In this document: piece by piece, positions 49,723-59,783 of the stretch | Position numbering within the stretch: the stretch's first letter is position 1 | Layout of the letters: each line of letters starts with the position of its first letter | Origin: Vicinamibacterales bacterium | GTDB lineage: Bacteria; Acidobacteriota; Vicinamibacteria; Vicinamibacterales; UBA2999 | NCBI GenBank assembly: GCA_965262505.1 | Contig: CBDHFM010000030.1 | Coordinates: 1,803,244 to 1,867,243 of the forward strand | DNA: 64,000 bases | Reading direction: 5' to 3' | Position numbers and translations under genes: made by a program | Notes under the pieces: model-generated | Seen by the model: the letters and a program-made list of their open reading frames with translations, nothing else | Database searches by the model: none | What the model was told of the DNA's origin: nothing

Positions 49723-50844
49723 CTACCCGTTCGTCTTCGCGATTCCTCCTCCGCCCGTCTCCAGCATATCTCCACGCCCCCATGCGGGCGTGGCCTGATC
49801 CAGCAACCGAATCGCCCCGTCAATCGCCGCTGGACTCAGGTGCATGTACCGCTGCGTCGTCGACAGGTCCTGGTGCCCAGCCAGTTCCTGAATGGCCCTC
49901 ACGGGGGCGCCTCGCATCGCCAGATGCGAGCAGAAGGTATGTCGCAGGATGTGTACCCCCGGCCGGACATTCGCTCTCCGAGCCGCCCGTGCCACCGCCT
50001 GCTGCACCACCTTCTGGGTCAGCGGGGTCCCACCACACTGGGTGAGCACCCGCCTGCCACGCAGATGTCGGTGCTCCACGAGTACCCGCTCGAGCCGCCG
50101 CGTCAGGGGCACGTAGCGGACCCTCTCCCCCTTGGTGGCGGTCACCTGACCCTTCCAGTCTGACCGAGCCACGCACAGCCGCCGCTGGTCGAGATCCATG
50201 TCTCGCCACTCCAGCGCCATCATCTCCCCGCACCGCAGACCGGCTTCCCCACCCAGCAGCACGAGCAGGAGGGTCGTCCGGTCGAGACGCTCGGCGGCCG
50301 CGATCAGTCGCTCGAACGCCTCGAAGTCGTGAAACTGCGCCTCCGCGCGCGGCGTCTTGAGCAACCGAATCGTGCACGGCACGGTCTCAATGACGTGCCA
50401 CGCCACGGCCTGCTTCAGGAGCGTGTTGAGCACCGTCAGGACGTTGTTGACGGTCTTCGGCGACCGGTTCTCGAGGGCTCGCTTGAGCCGCTGGACGTCC
50501 TCGGTCGTAATGGCGTCCAGGTGCCTAGCCCCGAGCGCCGGCACCAGGTGCACCCGCAGGATCGTCTCCTTCCCCGCGATGCCACTGGGCTTTTGCCGGT
50601 TCGCCCGTGCGTAGCCCTCCAGGAACCGTGGTGCGAAGTCTCTGAGTGTCGGCACCTCCTTCCTAACACGCGCGGGCCCATTGCGCAGCAATTCACGCTC
50701 ACGGGCCTCGCCCCACCGCCGAGCCCCCGTCAGAGAGGACACGGTGGCCTTCTTCCGTTCACGAAACCGGATCCCGTCCGGCAGGAGGACAGCGATGTCC
50801 ACCTCCCAGCCGCCCCGGCGGTATCTGCGCACCTTCACGCTCAT
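49723..50844 (-). CDS. Tyrosine recombinase / phage-type integrase
   Basis: AGLRCGE (R), HILRHTF (HxxR), LAGH and TTQRY (catalytic Y). Confidence 0.95.
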   Translation of the reverse strand: MSVKVRRYRRGGWEVDIAVLLPDGIRFRERKKATVSSLTGARRWGEARERELLRNGPARVRKEVPTLRDFAPRFLEGYARANRQKPSGIAGKETILRVHLVPALGARHLDAITTEDVQRLKRALENRSPKTVNNVLTVLNTLLKQAVAWHVIETVPCTIRLLKTPRAEAQFHDFEAFERLIAAAERLDRTTLLLVLLGGEAGLRCGEMMALEWRDMDLDQRRLCVARSDWKGQVTATKGERVRYVPLTRRLERVLVEHRHLRGRRVLTQCGGTPLTQKVVQQAVARAARRANVRPGVHILRHTFCSHLAMRGAPVRAIQELAGHQDLSTTQRYMHLSPAAIDGAIRLLDQATPAWGRGDMLETGGGGIAKTNG

Positions 50845-50850
50845 CGCCAG

Positions 50851-51051
50851 CTACTCCCCCGGCGATGGCACGCGCTTCTGGTCGAGCCAGTCTACCAAGT
50901 CTTGACGGCAGACGAGGACCCGCCGACCGATTCGGACGACGCCTGGGATCTGGCCGCGAGCGACCATCGCATAGACGGCCGGCCGCGACGTCCGGAGCAG
51001 CTCTGCTACCTCATTGGCGGTCAGGAATTCCGCCACCACTGCTTGCATCAC
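50851..51051 (-). CDS. Excisionase-like helix-turn-helix protein
   Basis: FLTANEVAELLRTSRPAVY...IP..RIGRRVLV...L..WL directly upstream of the integrase. Confidence 0.88.
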   Translation of the reverse strand: MMQAVVAEFLTANEVAELLRTSRPAVYAMVARGQIPGVVRIGRRVLVCRQDLVDWLDQKRVPSPGE

Positions 51052-51238
51052 TGGCCTTCCTCCTCGTTACACGGGGTCAATGTCGCCTCTCCACGAACGC
51101 CCGGCTGGCGTCTGAGGCCGCCAGGGCGATCGCCAGTATCGGCATTGATCCGCGGGGCAAAGAAGATGGGGAACGAGGGGAAAAGACGCGGGGGAACGCA
51201 GGGACCGCGCGCATCGACCCGCATGGGCGTGAATGTGG

Positions 51239-51922
51239 CTAGCTTTGAGGGCGATTCTTGCGGTACTGCTTCTCCCTCAGCACGCGACGAATGTTCCGAT
51301 CACCTGCCTTCGTTCTCCGATGATCATTCCGCTGCCACCGTTGGAACTCCGAGGGGCCCTCGTAGCCTGCCGCACGCCAAATATCCTGCTTGAGGAACCG
51401 TTCCCCCTTCACCGCCTGGGCTGCAGTCAGAAAGGCCTCCACGGCCTGTGCCTTCTGTTTAGGAGTGGCGTGCTCGGGAAGCTCGTCCGCCTGTGCGGGT
51501 ACACGGTTTGCCACGGCGTCTTCCGGGCCGCTGGCCACTCGGGCTTCGGCCAGCGTACGCCGCTCCCCCAAGTGCTGCAGCCACTCCGGTGACTGCTTGA
51601 GACCTACAAAGGCCGCCTCCACCAATGATCTGCTCGACCAGTCGGGACATAACTCCAAGTCTACGTAGACGCGAAGCCGCCTCCAGAACTCCTCGACCGT
51701 CCCGGCGAGCTCCGCGACCGGCCATTCTCCAGCACGCACCGCCTCACAGGTTGCCTGCGCACAGGCTAATGCCACCGTGTGGACGTAACGAGTGATAGCC
51801 CGTTGCACGTCGCACTGGGCGGAAGACATCTCACCGCGACACTCGAACTCCGCAGCAGCGTCAGCCGCCACCACACGGTCAAGGAACGGCTTCGGGAAGT
51901 AATCCGGGAACGTCAGGGCCAT
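51239..51922 (-). CDS. Hypothetical protein with basic, possibly DNA-binding C-terminus
   Basis: ORF 51239..51994, likely ATG 51922 (MALTFPDYFP); co-oriented with xis-int; ends IWRAAGY...FQRWQR...IRRVL. Confidence 0.5.
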   Translation of the reverse strand: MALTFPDYFPKPFLDRVVAADAAAEFECRGEMSSAQCDVQRAITRYVHTVALACAQATCEAVRAGEWPVAELAGTVEEFWRRLRVYVDLELCPDWSSRSLVEAAFVGLKQSPEWLQHLGERRTLAEARVASGPEDAVANRVPAQADELPEHATPKQKAQAVEAFLTAAQAVKGERFLKQDIWRAAGYEGPSEFQRWQRNDHRRTKAGDRNIRRVLREKQYRKNRPQS

Positions 51923-52534
51923 CGCTTCTCGGGACTCCTCAGAGCGGCCTGGCCGCAACCTCGGTAGCGTCGCTCGCCAGGAACACATTCCCAATGCACA
52001 TGGTCCACTCTGGCTGTCGCCTACTCACCACCTGTACAACGCGCTTTTCAAAAGGCCGTTGAACGCGACCTGATGTACGCCGTCAGGGACCTCAGCAAAA
52101 ATGCCCAGCATGGCGTTCTTCTGGGTGTGGCGCGGGTCCGGGGCATGCGGGACATCGTATCCACCTTTCGGAAGATGTCCACCAAACCGGATCAAGCCCA
52201 GATCGCCAAAGCTGTTGAGAATGCACTGAGTCTGGGACCGGATAAATGCGCCCTGTCACGTTTGTGATCTGTCACCTTTCTCCGGCCGGCGCCGCAGGCC
52301 ATCCGGCCAGCTCGCATGAAAGCGGCCGGCGGCGTCCCTGGGCTGCGACTTGGCCGTCTCGGGTGCCGGTCGCGCGCAGCCTGCGACGGGAGATCACGGT
52401 CGGGCCAGACTCCTACGGCTCGGTATCCAGATTCGTCCCTGCCAGGATACTGTTCTCAGCCTGCAAATGTTTGATAATGCAGCTGCGCGCTCTTGAACGA
52501 ATGAAAAGCTGCAATTAGAGGCGGCTCAAAGTAC

Positions 52535-53739
52535 CGACGTCCCCCCCGAATTGAGTAGCACCCGGGTTTAGAGTCCGAGCTCACGAGAAGGGAGATCGGA
52601 CGTGAAGCAACGATTCAGCGAGGCGCAGATCATCGGGTTCCTGCGGGAGTCCGAAGCGGGCCTGCCGGTGAAGGACCTGTGCCGCCGGCACGGGTTCTCG
52701 GAGGCCAGTTACTACCTCTGGCGGAATAAGTTCGGCGGGATGACCGTCTCGGACGCGAAACGCCTGAAGGAGCTGATTGCCGAGAATACGCGGCTGAAGA
52801 AGCTGCTGGCCGAGTCCGTGCTGGACAACGAGGTGACGCGCGATGCGTTGCGAAAAAAGTGGTGACCGCCCCAGCCCGACGGGTGCTGGTGCGGGATATG
52901 ACCGCGCAGGGGGTGAGCGAGCGGCGCGCGCTCGCGCTGGTGCACATGAGTGCCTCGTCGCTGCGATACACCCCGGCGCCGGATACTAACGCGGCGTTGC
53001 GAGCCCGCATCGTGACCTTAGCGCACCGGCACCGTCGCTACGGTGCCGGGATGATCTACCTCAAGCTGCGGCAGGCGGGAACACGGGTCAACCACAAGCG
53101 GGTGGAGCGCCTGTATACCGAGGCTAGGCTGCAGGTACGTCGGCGGCGACGCAAGAAGATCCCGGTGGCGGACCGCCAGCCCCTGGTACGCCCCCAGGCG
53201 CCGAACGAGGTCTGGTCTGCCGACTTCGTCTTCGACCGCACGGCCGAGGGACGGGTGGTGAAGTGCCTGACCGTCGTCGATGACGCGACCACCGAAGCGG
53301 TGGCCATCGTGCCGGCCCGCGCGTTCGGTGGGCTGCCGGTCACCCGCGTGCTCGATCAACTCGCGCTCAAGCGCGGCCTGCCGCGTATCTTGCGCACCGA
53401 CAACGGGAAGGAGTTCTGCGGGCGCGCCATGCTGACATGGGCCCATACGCACGGCGTCACGTTGCGCCTGATCGAGCCGGGCAAGCCGAATCAGAACGCC
53501 TATATCGAATCGTTCAACGGCCGGTTCCGCGACGAGTGCCTCAACGAGCACTGGTTCACGAGTCTGGTCCATACCCAGGTCCTCGTCGAGGCCTGGCGAC
53601 GCGAGTACAACGAGGAGCGGCCGAAGAAGGGACTGGGCGGGCTCACGCCCGCCCAGTACGCCAAGCGGCTGGTCGCGGAACGCAGTACAGTCACCGCCGG
53701 ACTCTAAACCGAAGTGCTACTGAAGACGGGGGGACGTCG
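52535..53739 (+). mobile_element. IS3-family (IS407-group-like) element
   Basis: GTAC duplication (52531-34, 53740-43), TIR CGACGTCCCCCC..AGTAGCAC, orfA 52602..52865 and orfB to 53707 joined at an AAAAAAG site; WSADF, TDNG and [11 protein letters not shown]. Confidence 0.93.
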
Positions 53740-53750
53740 GTACCACTCTC

Positions 53751-54283
53751 ATGACAGAGATCGATCTACGGAACGACAACCGGAATCCGGGCATCCCGCT
53801 GGACCCGCTCGTCGTCGGCCAAGATATCTATCGTCTGCTGGCGATCTTTGGCGCTAGTAGTGAAATTGCCGCTCGACGCAGCGGTGAGGACGACGTGGGC
53901 TCGGTCTATGGGTACAGCATTCGCGCGTTCGAGCTGTCGGAAGTGGGTCGGCTCCTGGTGTCGCTGGCGGCGTGTTGCCGGAACGACTGGGACCACAGGT
54001 CGGAATCGATAGACGACACGCTGGTTGCCTGCGCGGAGTCGTCCGAGGTCGGCGTGCTGTTCAAGGATGTTAGGAGTGGAGAGGAGACGCAGCTGCATGT
54101 ACGCGAATCCTGGCACAAGATTCTCCACTGCGACACGATGAACTTCGACCGGAGCGAGGGGCCATCGATCTACTCAGGGCACCTCGAACCTTTCGTCCAC
54201 CTATACGGGAAGTACCAGGGAAGAACTGGAAAGCCAGGGTCGATATCTACCGCTGGTGCCAAGCCGTTCATGTGTTGACCTGA
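53751..54283 (+). CDS. Orphan protein with HEPN-like R...H motif; probable 1-bp deletion near 54219
   Basis: RESWHKILH; adding one base after TAC CAG GG gives the C-terminus KNWKARVDIYRWCQAVHVLT* (stop 54283). Confidence 0.5.
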
Positions 54284-54434
54284 CGTAGGAATGCCTACCG
54301 TGGACGATGTCCTTCCAGTCCTCTCAGGCCGCTAAAGGCCGACTTCCGGCTTCGCGGTGAGACGCCGGGCTCTGAACGGCCGCCAGACAAGAGCAGGCTG
54401 GCGGCAAGTCCCTATGCAGCAGGCCGCGTGATTT

Positions 54435-55127
54435 TCAGAGTAGCGGTCGAACCGTAGCTTCGATCTTGCCAATGCCCGCTCGCGCCTGCTTGAGAAGCCC
54501 GAATGCCGATACTCCAATGCCGGCAAACTGAAAGTCTACCCAGGTGATACGCTCAACCTTGATTGAAGAATGCGGAACAGGCAATTGCGTCCTTGGGTCC
54601 ACTGGTACACCCATAACCGACACACCGTCCCCGAAGGTGACGCCCGAGCCCCAACTGACCTGACCCCCACCCTGACCAGTAACTTTCGTTTGCTGACTCT
54701 CGGCCCGAGTCTGTTCGACCAAATCGCAATGCTTGTTCTCGTTGTTCACTTGGTTGAATTGACCAAGCCACTCCTGACCAGATTGGAAGGGCTGGACCTC
54801 TTCGAGCGCGGTAACAACTGCCGGTGCTGATTTCTGGAGTCCTGGAAACCATCGGTCGATCCGAGCGTCAAAGGTCTTCTTGTTGGGAAGAATCGGAAAG
54901 TAGAAGCGGTCAGAACTCGACGCCTTCTGGCAGTAGCGATCTCGAATGTCGGCAGCCAAGTAGTCCAGGACGGATCGAAGATTCTCACAGGCGTTCTTGA
55001 GATCGACCCTGAGTTCTGGATCGATTGCCTGCGAATACAGTGACTTCTTGTAATCAGCTTCGATCTTGCCCACTTGGTCATCAATCTTGGCAAGAAGGGC
55101 TCGAATGTTGGCTTGGCGTGAACGCAT
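54435..55127 (-). CDS. Orphan HEPN-like protein
   Basis: 230 aa, low GC; NLRSVLDYLA and NNENKH motifs; SD GGAG before ATG 55127. Confidence 0.55.
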   Translation of the reverse strand: MRSRQANIRALLAKIDDQVGKIEADYKKSLYSQAIDPELRVDLKNACENLRSVLDYLAADIRDRYCQKASSSDRFYFPILPNKKTFDARIDRWFPGLQKSAPAVVTALEEVQPFQSGQEWLGQFNQVNNENKHCDLVEQTRAESQQTKVTGQGGGQVSWGSGVTFGDGVSVMGVPVDPRTQLPVPHSSIKVERITWVDFQFAGIGVSAFGLLKQARAGIGKIEATVRPLL

Positions 55128-55147
55128 GAAGGCTCCGGTTGTTGTCT

Positions 55148-55217
55148 GACTAACGCCCAAGCATCACCAGTGGTGCTTCACGATCGCCGCACGCCGCCTG
55201 CTGCATGCCGTGTTCCC
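55148..55217 (-). other. attC-like (integron cassette) recombination site
   Basis: Minus strand AAC-acg-GCATGCAGCAG...CTGGTGATGC-ttgggc-GTTAGTC: paired arms with one extrahelical base; GTT core 20 nt upstream of an ATG. Confidence 0.5.
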
Positions 55218-55409
55218 GAAGAAACACTTTAATGTTGTAAACTGGAATTTCCGTTTTGCCTGCCCCGGATGGCCCCTTTTATCCATCATCGTTGTTGTGA
55301 ACGAACGAAAGAACAACGGAGACTCAAACAGCGTAGCTAAACCGTCCACCGAATCGGATCAGGCCCAAAGACCCCTTCCGGCCAGCGCCGCCGTGTCGAC
55401 GAGCAGGTC

Positions 55410-56399
55410 TCAGCGTGCATTTCCAGGACGTGCTCGAGAACGGTCGGATACGCTTCGATTACCGATCGCTCCCTGTGCGAGCGGGTCCCCGTGTTCGAGC
55501 GGAGCGTGTGCTATCGAGCGGGTCCCCGTGTTCGCGTTCGGCCCCGCAATGGCGTTCACCTGTTCGCACTCGGCCGAGAACGGCCAGCCGCAGTAGCGTG
55601 CCCCGCGACCTATCTTGTAGGCGAGTTGCGCGTGAAACTGCTCGCGGGCGGTGAAGGTGTCCGACAAGTTGCCCAAGGCCACCATGACTGCGTCCTGAGC
55701 CAGGACATGCTTAAAGCCCATCGCGTGCCCGAACTCGTGGACGAAGACGTGTTTTAGGTAGGCGATTGCATCAGGTCCCCGGCGCTTCATACAGTTATGG
55801 TTGAGAAAGATGGTGTTAGGGTCAGTGCCTACCCGAGTGAAGCCGCAGCTGCTATGTCCATCCGCGTCCGTAAAGTACCTCACGGTGATCCATCCCAACC
55901 GTTCGACGACGTGCTCGGTCCCTGATTCAATGCGGCCGCTGTAGCGTTGCCCTGTGAGTTGCTCGGCGGCGGATGGGATCGCTTCTCGTATGATGTCGCG
56001 GTGTTCATCCGGAATGACCTGGTGTCCGAAGCCTGTATAAATGTAGACGTTCGGGCTTGTGGTGTTCAGCACCTGGATGACTTGATGGTCGAGCGTAAAC
56101 GGCTGATCCTTCTGACCGAAAACAAATTCTTGCCAGAACGCATCATCGAAGCGTGAATCAATAGATGGATCATCCGGCGTCTGCTGTTCGACCGTGACCA
56201 CGATTGATCTCGCGCAGTTCTCGGTATGAGGGGGGGCTGTGCTTTCACGCACGCACGGGAAGTATTCATGGTTAATAATTAGGGACCGACAGGCTTTAGC
56301 CACCCACCGCGCCCATTCAAAATAGTATCCAACGTTGTCGTGGTGTTGCAGCGCGTTGATCCGTCGCCTCGTCTCCCGAAGGGACATCGAACGCTTCAT
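55410..56399 (-). CDS. Metzincin-type zinc metalloprotease
   Basis: HEFGHAMGFKH (HExxHxxGxxH) followed by the AVM Met-turn; the N-terminus looks atypical and the start is uncertain. Confidence 0.7.
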   Translation of the reverse strand: MKRSMSLRETRRRINALQHHDNVGYYFEWARWVAKACRSLIINHEYFPCVRESTAPPHTENCARSIVVTVEQQTPDDPSIDSRFDDAFWQEFVFGQKDQPFTLDHQVIQVLNTTSPNVYIYTGFGHQVIPDEHRDIIREAIPSAAEQLTGQRYSGRIESGTEHVVERLGWITVRYFTDADGHSSCGFTRVGTDPNTIFLNHNCMKRRGPDAIAYLKHVFVHEFGHAMGFKHVLAQDAVMVALGNLSDTFTAREQFHAQLAYKIGRGARYCGWPFSAECEQVNAIAGPNANTGTRSIAHAPLEHGDPLAQGAIGNRSVSDRSRARPGNAR

Positions 56400-56512
56400 C
56401 GGCCATCAACCTCTAATAACGAGTGATGAGGAGTAGAAACGGCTACGCTTATTTAACAGAAGGTGCATATAACCGAGGTCAATTTAAAATATTGACGTGA
56501 TGCAACCATTAA

Positions 56513-59500
56513 CCCGGGATTTCAGTTTTGCCCGCCCAAGATGGACCGCTTATACATCCGAAAGCCGCAGCGCCCACGAGAATCTTCTTCATCGCACATC
56601 GTCCAGGCTCTGAGGCCGTCACTCAGCCCGCGCTGACGTGCAGCGGGCTGGAGATCCGTGCTTCCAGGGCATTCCGTAGACACCGCTTCTCGCTTGTGTC
56701 CTCGCGTTGCCAAGCCGGCGTCCTTGCACTCGCCGCGCGTCAACCTGCCGGCACCGGTAGTGCCCAGATCCTCTGAAGCATCGCCCCGAACAGGTGTCGG
56801 GTCAAGTGACTCTCCGCCAGCAGCAGCCAGTAATAGCGCGCGTGTTTCACCAGCCGGCCACCCGTCTTGACAAGGCGCTGCTGGAGACTGGTCAGCGACC
56901 AGGTGTCGATCCGCTTCGGGAGCACCAGCCGCCGCCAGAGGTTCCCGAGGTTATAGGCCAGTACGCTCAGTTGCAAGCGGACCTCGTTCGCCCGGAACCG
57001 ATGACACGACAGGCGCGTCCAATGCGCGGCCTGCTTGCCTTCCTTGATCCATTGCTCCGCCGTCCCGCGCTTATTGTAAAACCGCACGACGGCACGATGC
57101 TGGAGCGGGAGATTCGTGACGATGACGCCGACGCGCGGGAACAGCTCGCCGACGTGGTGCTCGACTTTTGCCACGACCCGTCGGGGCGTGGTTCCCGCGC
57201 CCCACGATTTCTTTGGACAGCCTTCTGCGAGAAGGAGAATGAGTTATGTCCAAGGGAAAACAGCACGAGGCTGAGGCCTCGGAGGGAGCCCGGAGGGCGA
57301 CCGCAGAGGCCTCAGCCTCGTGGGCGCTCGTCGGCACGGGGCGGTGGTCCGCGCGACGAAAAGTCTCCGTGGTCATCGAGGTCCTCAAGGGGGAATCACT
57401 CGAGAGCCTCAGTCGTCGCCATGGCGTGACGGCGGCGAAGCTCTCGCAGTGGCGTGACGACTTCGTGGCCGGCGGTGAGGCCCGCCTCAAGCATCGCGAG
57501 GTCGCCGTCGAGGGCGCGGACACGCGGCGGCTCAAGCGCGTCGTGGCGGATCTCGCCACCGACAAGGCGTTGCTGGCCGAGAAGATTCGACACCTGGAGG
57601 CCGGCCGCCCTTTGGGCTGGTGGAGGTCGAAGCGATGCGTCACGCGACTTCGCCCTCCACCCACCGGCCGTACGGCATCGCCCGCGTCACGCGCGTGTGG
57701 CAGGTGCCGCGCTCGACGGTCTACGCGCAACGGACCCGGCGCGCCCGGCCGACGCCGGTGGCCAAGCGCGGACCCAAGCCGCCCCAGTCGGATGCGGCGC
57801 TGACGGCCGCGGTCCGGGCCGTGATCGCCGCGAGTCCGTTCCACGGCGAAGGGCACCGCAAGATCTGGGCGCGCTTGCGGGTGCAGGGGCTGCGCACGTC
57901 GAAACGTCGGACGTTGGTCGTGATGCGCGCTGCCGACTTGCTCGGCCCTGCGCGGCTGCCCACGCCGGTCGCCGCCCGTCCCCACGACGGCACCATCGTC
58001 ACCGCCAGTCCCAACGTGATGTGGGGCACCGATGCGACGGCCACCGTGACGCTGGCGGACGGCCACGTCACGATCGTCGGGGCGATCGATCACTGCACGG
58101 CCGAATGTGTGGGACTACACGCGGCGAAGTCCGGCACGCGCTTCGAGGCGTTGGAGCCGGTGCGCCAGGGCGTCCGAGATCACTTCGGGACGATGGCCGC
58201 CGGCGTGGCGAGCGGGCTCACGATGCGCCACGACCACGGCAGTCAGTACATGAGCAACGACTTTCACGCCGAGCTCCGGTTCCTCGGCATCGTGTCATCA
58301 CCGGCCTTCGTCCGCCAGCCCGAGGGGAACGGCTGCATCGAACGGTTCTTCCGCACCCTCAAGGAACAGCTGCTGTGGGTGCGCCACTTTACGGATGTCG
58401 AGGACTTGCAGCAGGCGCTGCGCACCTTCAAGGAGACCTATAACCAGCAGTGGTTGATCGAGCGACTCGGCTTCCGCGCACCCGCCGTCGTCCGTCGCGC
58501 GGTTGCGCTCACCACGGCCGCGTGAATACACTCACCCGGCTGTCCAAAAAATCCGTGGCGGTACACGTCGGGGCGTGGTCCAGCTGTCCGCCTGATAGCG
58601 GACACTCTTGTACCGGACCAATGGCGTGTGGCTTGGCCGTCCCGCCGGACGAAACAGGATGTCTTCGATCTCTCGCTCCAAGCTCTTGTTCGCGGGTATC
58701 CGGATCGCGTACTGGACGCCGCGTGCCTCCAGCGCCTCGTAGATCGCCGGCCGCGCGAAGGCGGCGTCGGCGCGGAAGGCCACGCGTTTGCCCTGCGCCT
58801 GCTGCCGTTCAATCTCCGGCACCAGCAGCTCGTCCCAGTCGTCCGCGCTGGAGACGTTGCCCGGTCGTAGCTTGGCCGCCAGGCAGTCCCCGTCGTCATT
58901 GAACAGAAACAGCGGGTGATAGCAGACCGTCTCGAAGTGCCCGTTGTAGGCACTGCCTTCCTGCTGCCCATGCACCGGGCTCTCGCTGGAGTCCATGTCG
59001 AGCACGACACGATCGGCGTGGGCGAACGTCTCAGCCTGTCCGACCAGGTCGCGATTCACGGCCATCAACCCGACGAGGTTCTCTTCACGGGTCAGCAGCT
59101 CGGTCTCGAACCAATGGAGCGTGGAGGTTAGGGCCGCACTCCGGTCCCACCGCGTCGGCGATCCGATCAGACGAAACGTCGGATCGGTCGAGAGACGCTG
59201 CGCGTCGTTGAGGTCTTCGTAGCCCGCCAAGCGGCTGTACACCGACTGCCGCAGGAGATCGGGTAACCGGAACTGTGTGTGCAATCCGTGGCGGGAGTCG
59301 CGCAGGTACGCGGCGATGAGCCCCGCAAGGCCAAGACGTTACATCCAACTCACGCACCAGAATCAAGCCGGCGTCGGAGGTGATGCGCGACCCCTGAAAC
59401 GCGACCTTCAGAAATCCGTTGAACGTGCACTGAAAGGGCGCGGTTTGTAATTCACCCACTGGGTGTCACCCTCCGTGGCCTGGTTTCTCTCGAGAAACCC

Positions 59501-59565
59501 GCGAAAATCAAGGCGTGACGACTGATCGCATGGGCAAAAGTACCACAGCCAATCGGAAATCCGGG
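56513..59565 (-). mobile_element. IS1380-family element, inactivated by a +1 frameshift (~59341) and a nested IS
   Basis: Ends CCCGG(G)ATTTC; transposase pieces ITSDAGLILVRELD, YEDLND, VLDMDSS, RADAAF and YNKRGTAEQWIKEGK; the frame rejoins as ADSWTTPR-RVVAK. Confidence 0.88.
57193..58565 (+). mobile_element. IS3-like element nested in IS1380
   Basis: orfA from 57246 (HTH) and orfB to 58525 (WGTDAT, DHGSQY, GCIERFFRTLKE); subterminal IR TTTGGACAGCC; flanked by 14-bp direct repeat CGTCGGGGCGTGGT. Confidence 0.85.
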
Positions 59566-59720
59566 TTTATACACCCGAAGGCCGTAGCGCCCACGGGAAT
59601 CTTCTTCATCGCACAATCGTCCAGGTTCTGAGGCCGTCACTCAGCCCGCGCTGACGTCTTGTGGGCTGAATCCCGGGCTTCCAGGGCATTCCTTCGACAC
59701 CGCTCCTCACCTGTGTCTCC
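59566..59720 (-). mobile_element. Remnant 3' end of a second, diverged IS1380 copy
   Basis: Aligns with about 56548-56700 (TTATACA.CCGAA.GCCG.AGCGCCCACG.GAATCTTCTTCATCGCACA...). Confidence 0.75.
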
Positions 59721-59783
59721 CGCCCTTCTCGTCTTCGACGTGGCGATGTGACATTGTGGTTGTCCTCGGAAGCGATCCGCCTA

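Noticed and set aside
52030-52520. Short ORFs (52073..52267, 52246..52518) and a CGCTTTTCAAA match to the IS630 end
   Set aside because: No recognisable motif or credible start; the IS-end match is short and has no partner. Possibly a gene remnant, but not supportable.
54325-54385. Possible second attC after the HEPN-like gene
   Set aside because: GCCGCTAAA...GAACGGCCGCC lacks a correctly ordered AAC...GTT pair.
55478-55534. Possible mini-CRISPR
   Set aside because: Only two 20-bp repeats with a 17-bp spacer, no leader and no cas genes; kept only as a direct repeat.
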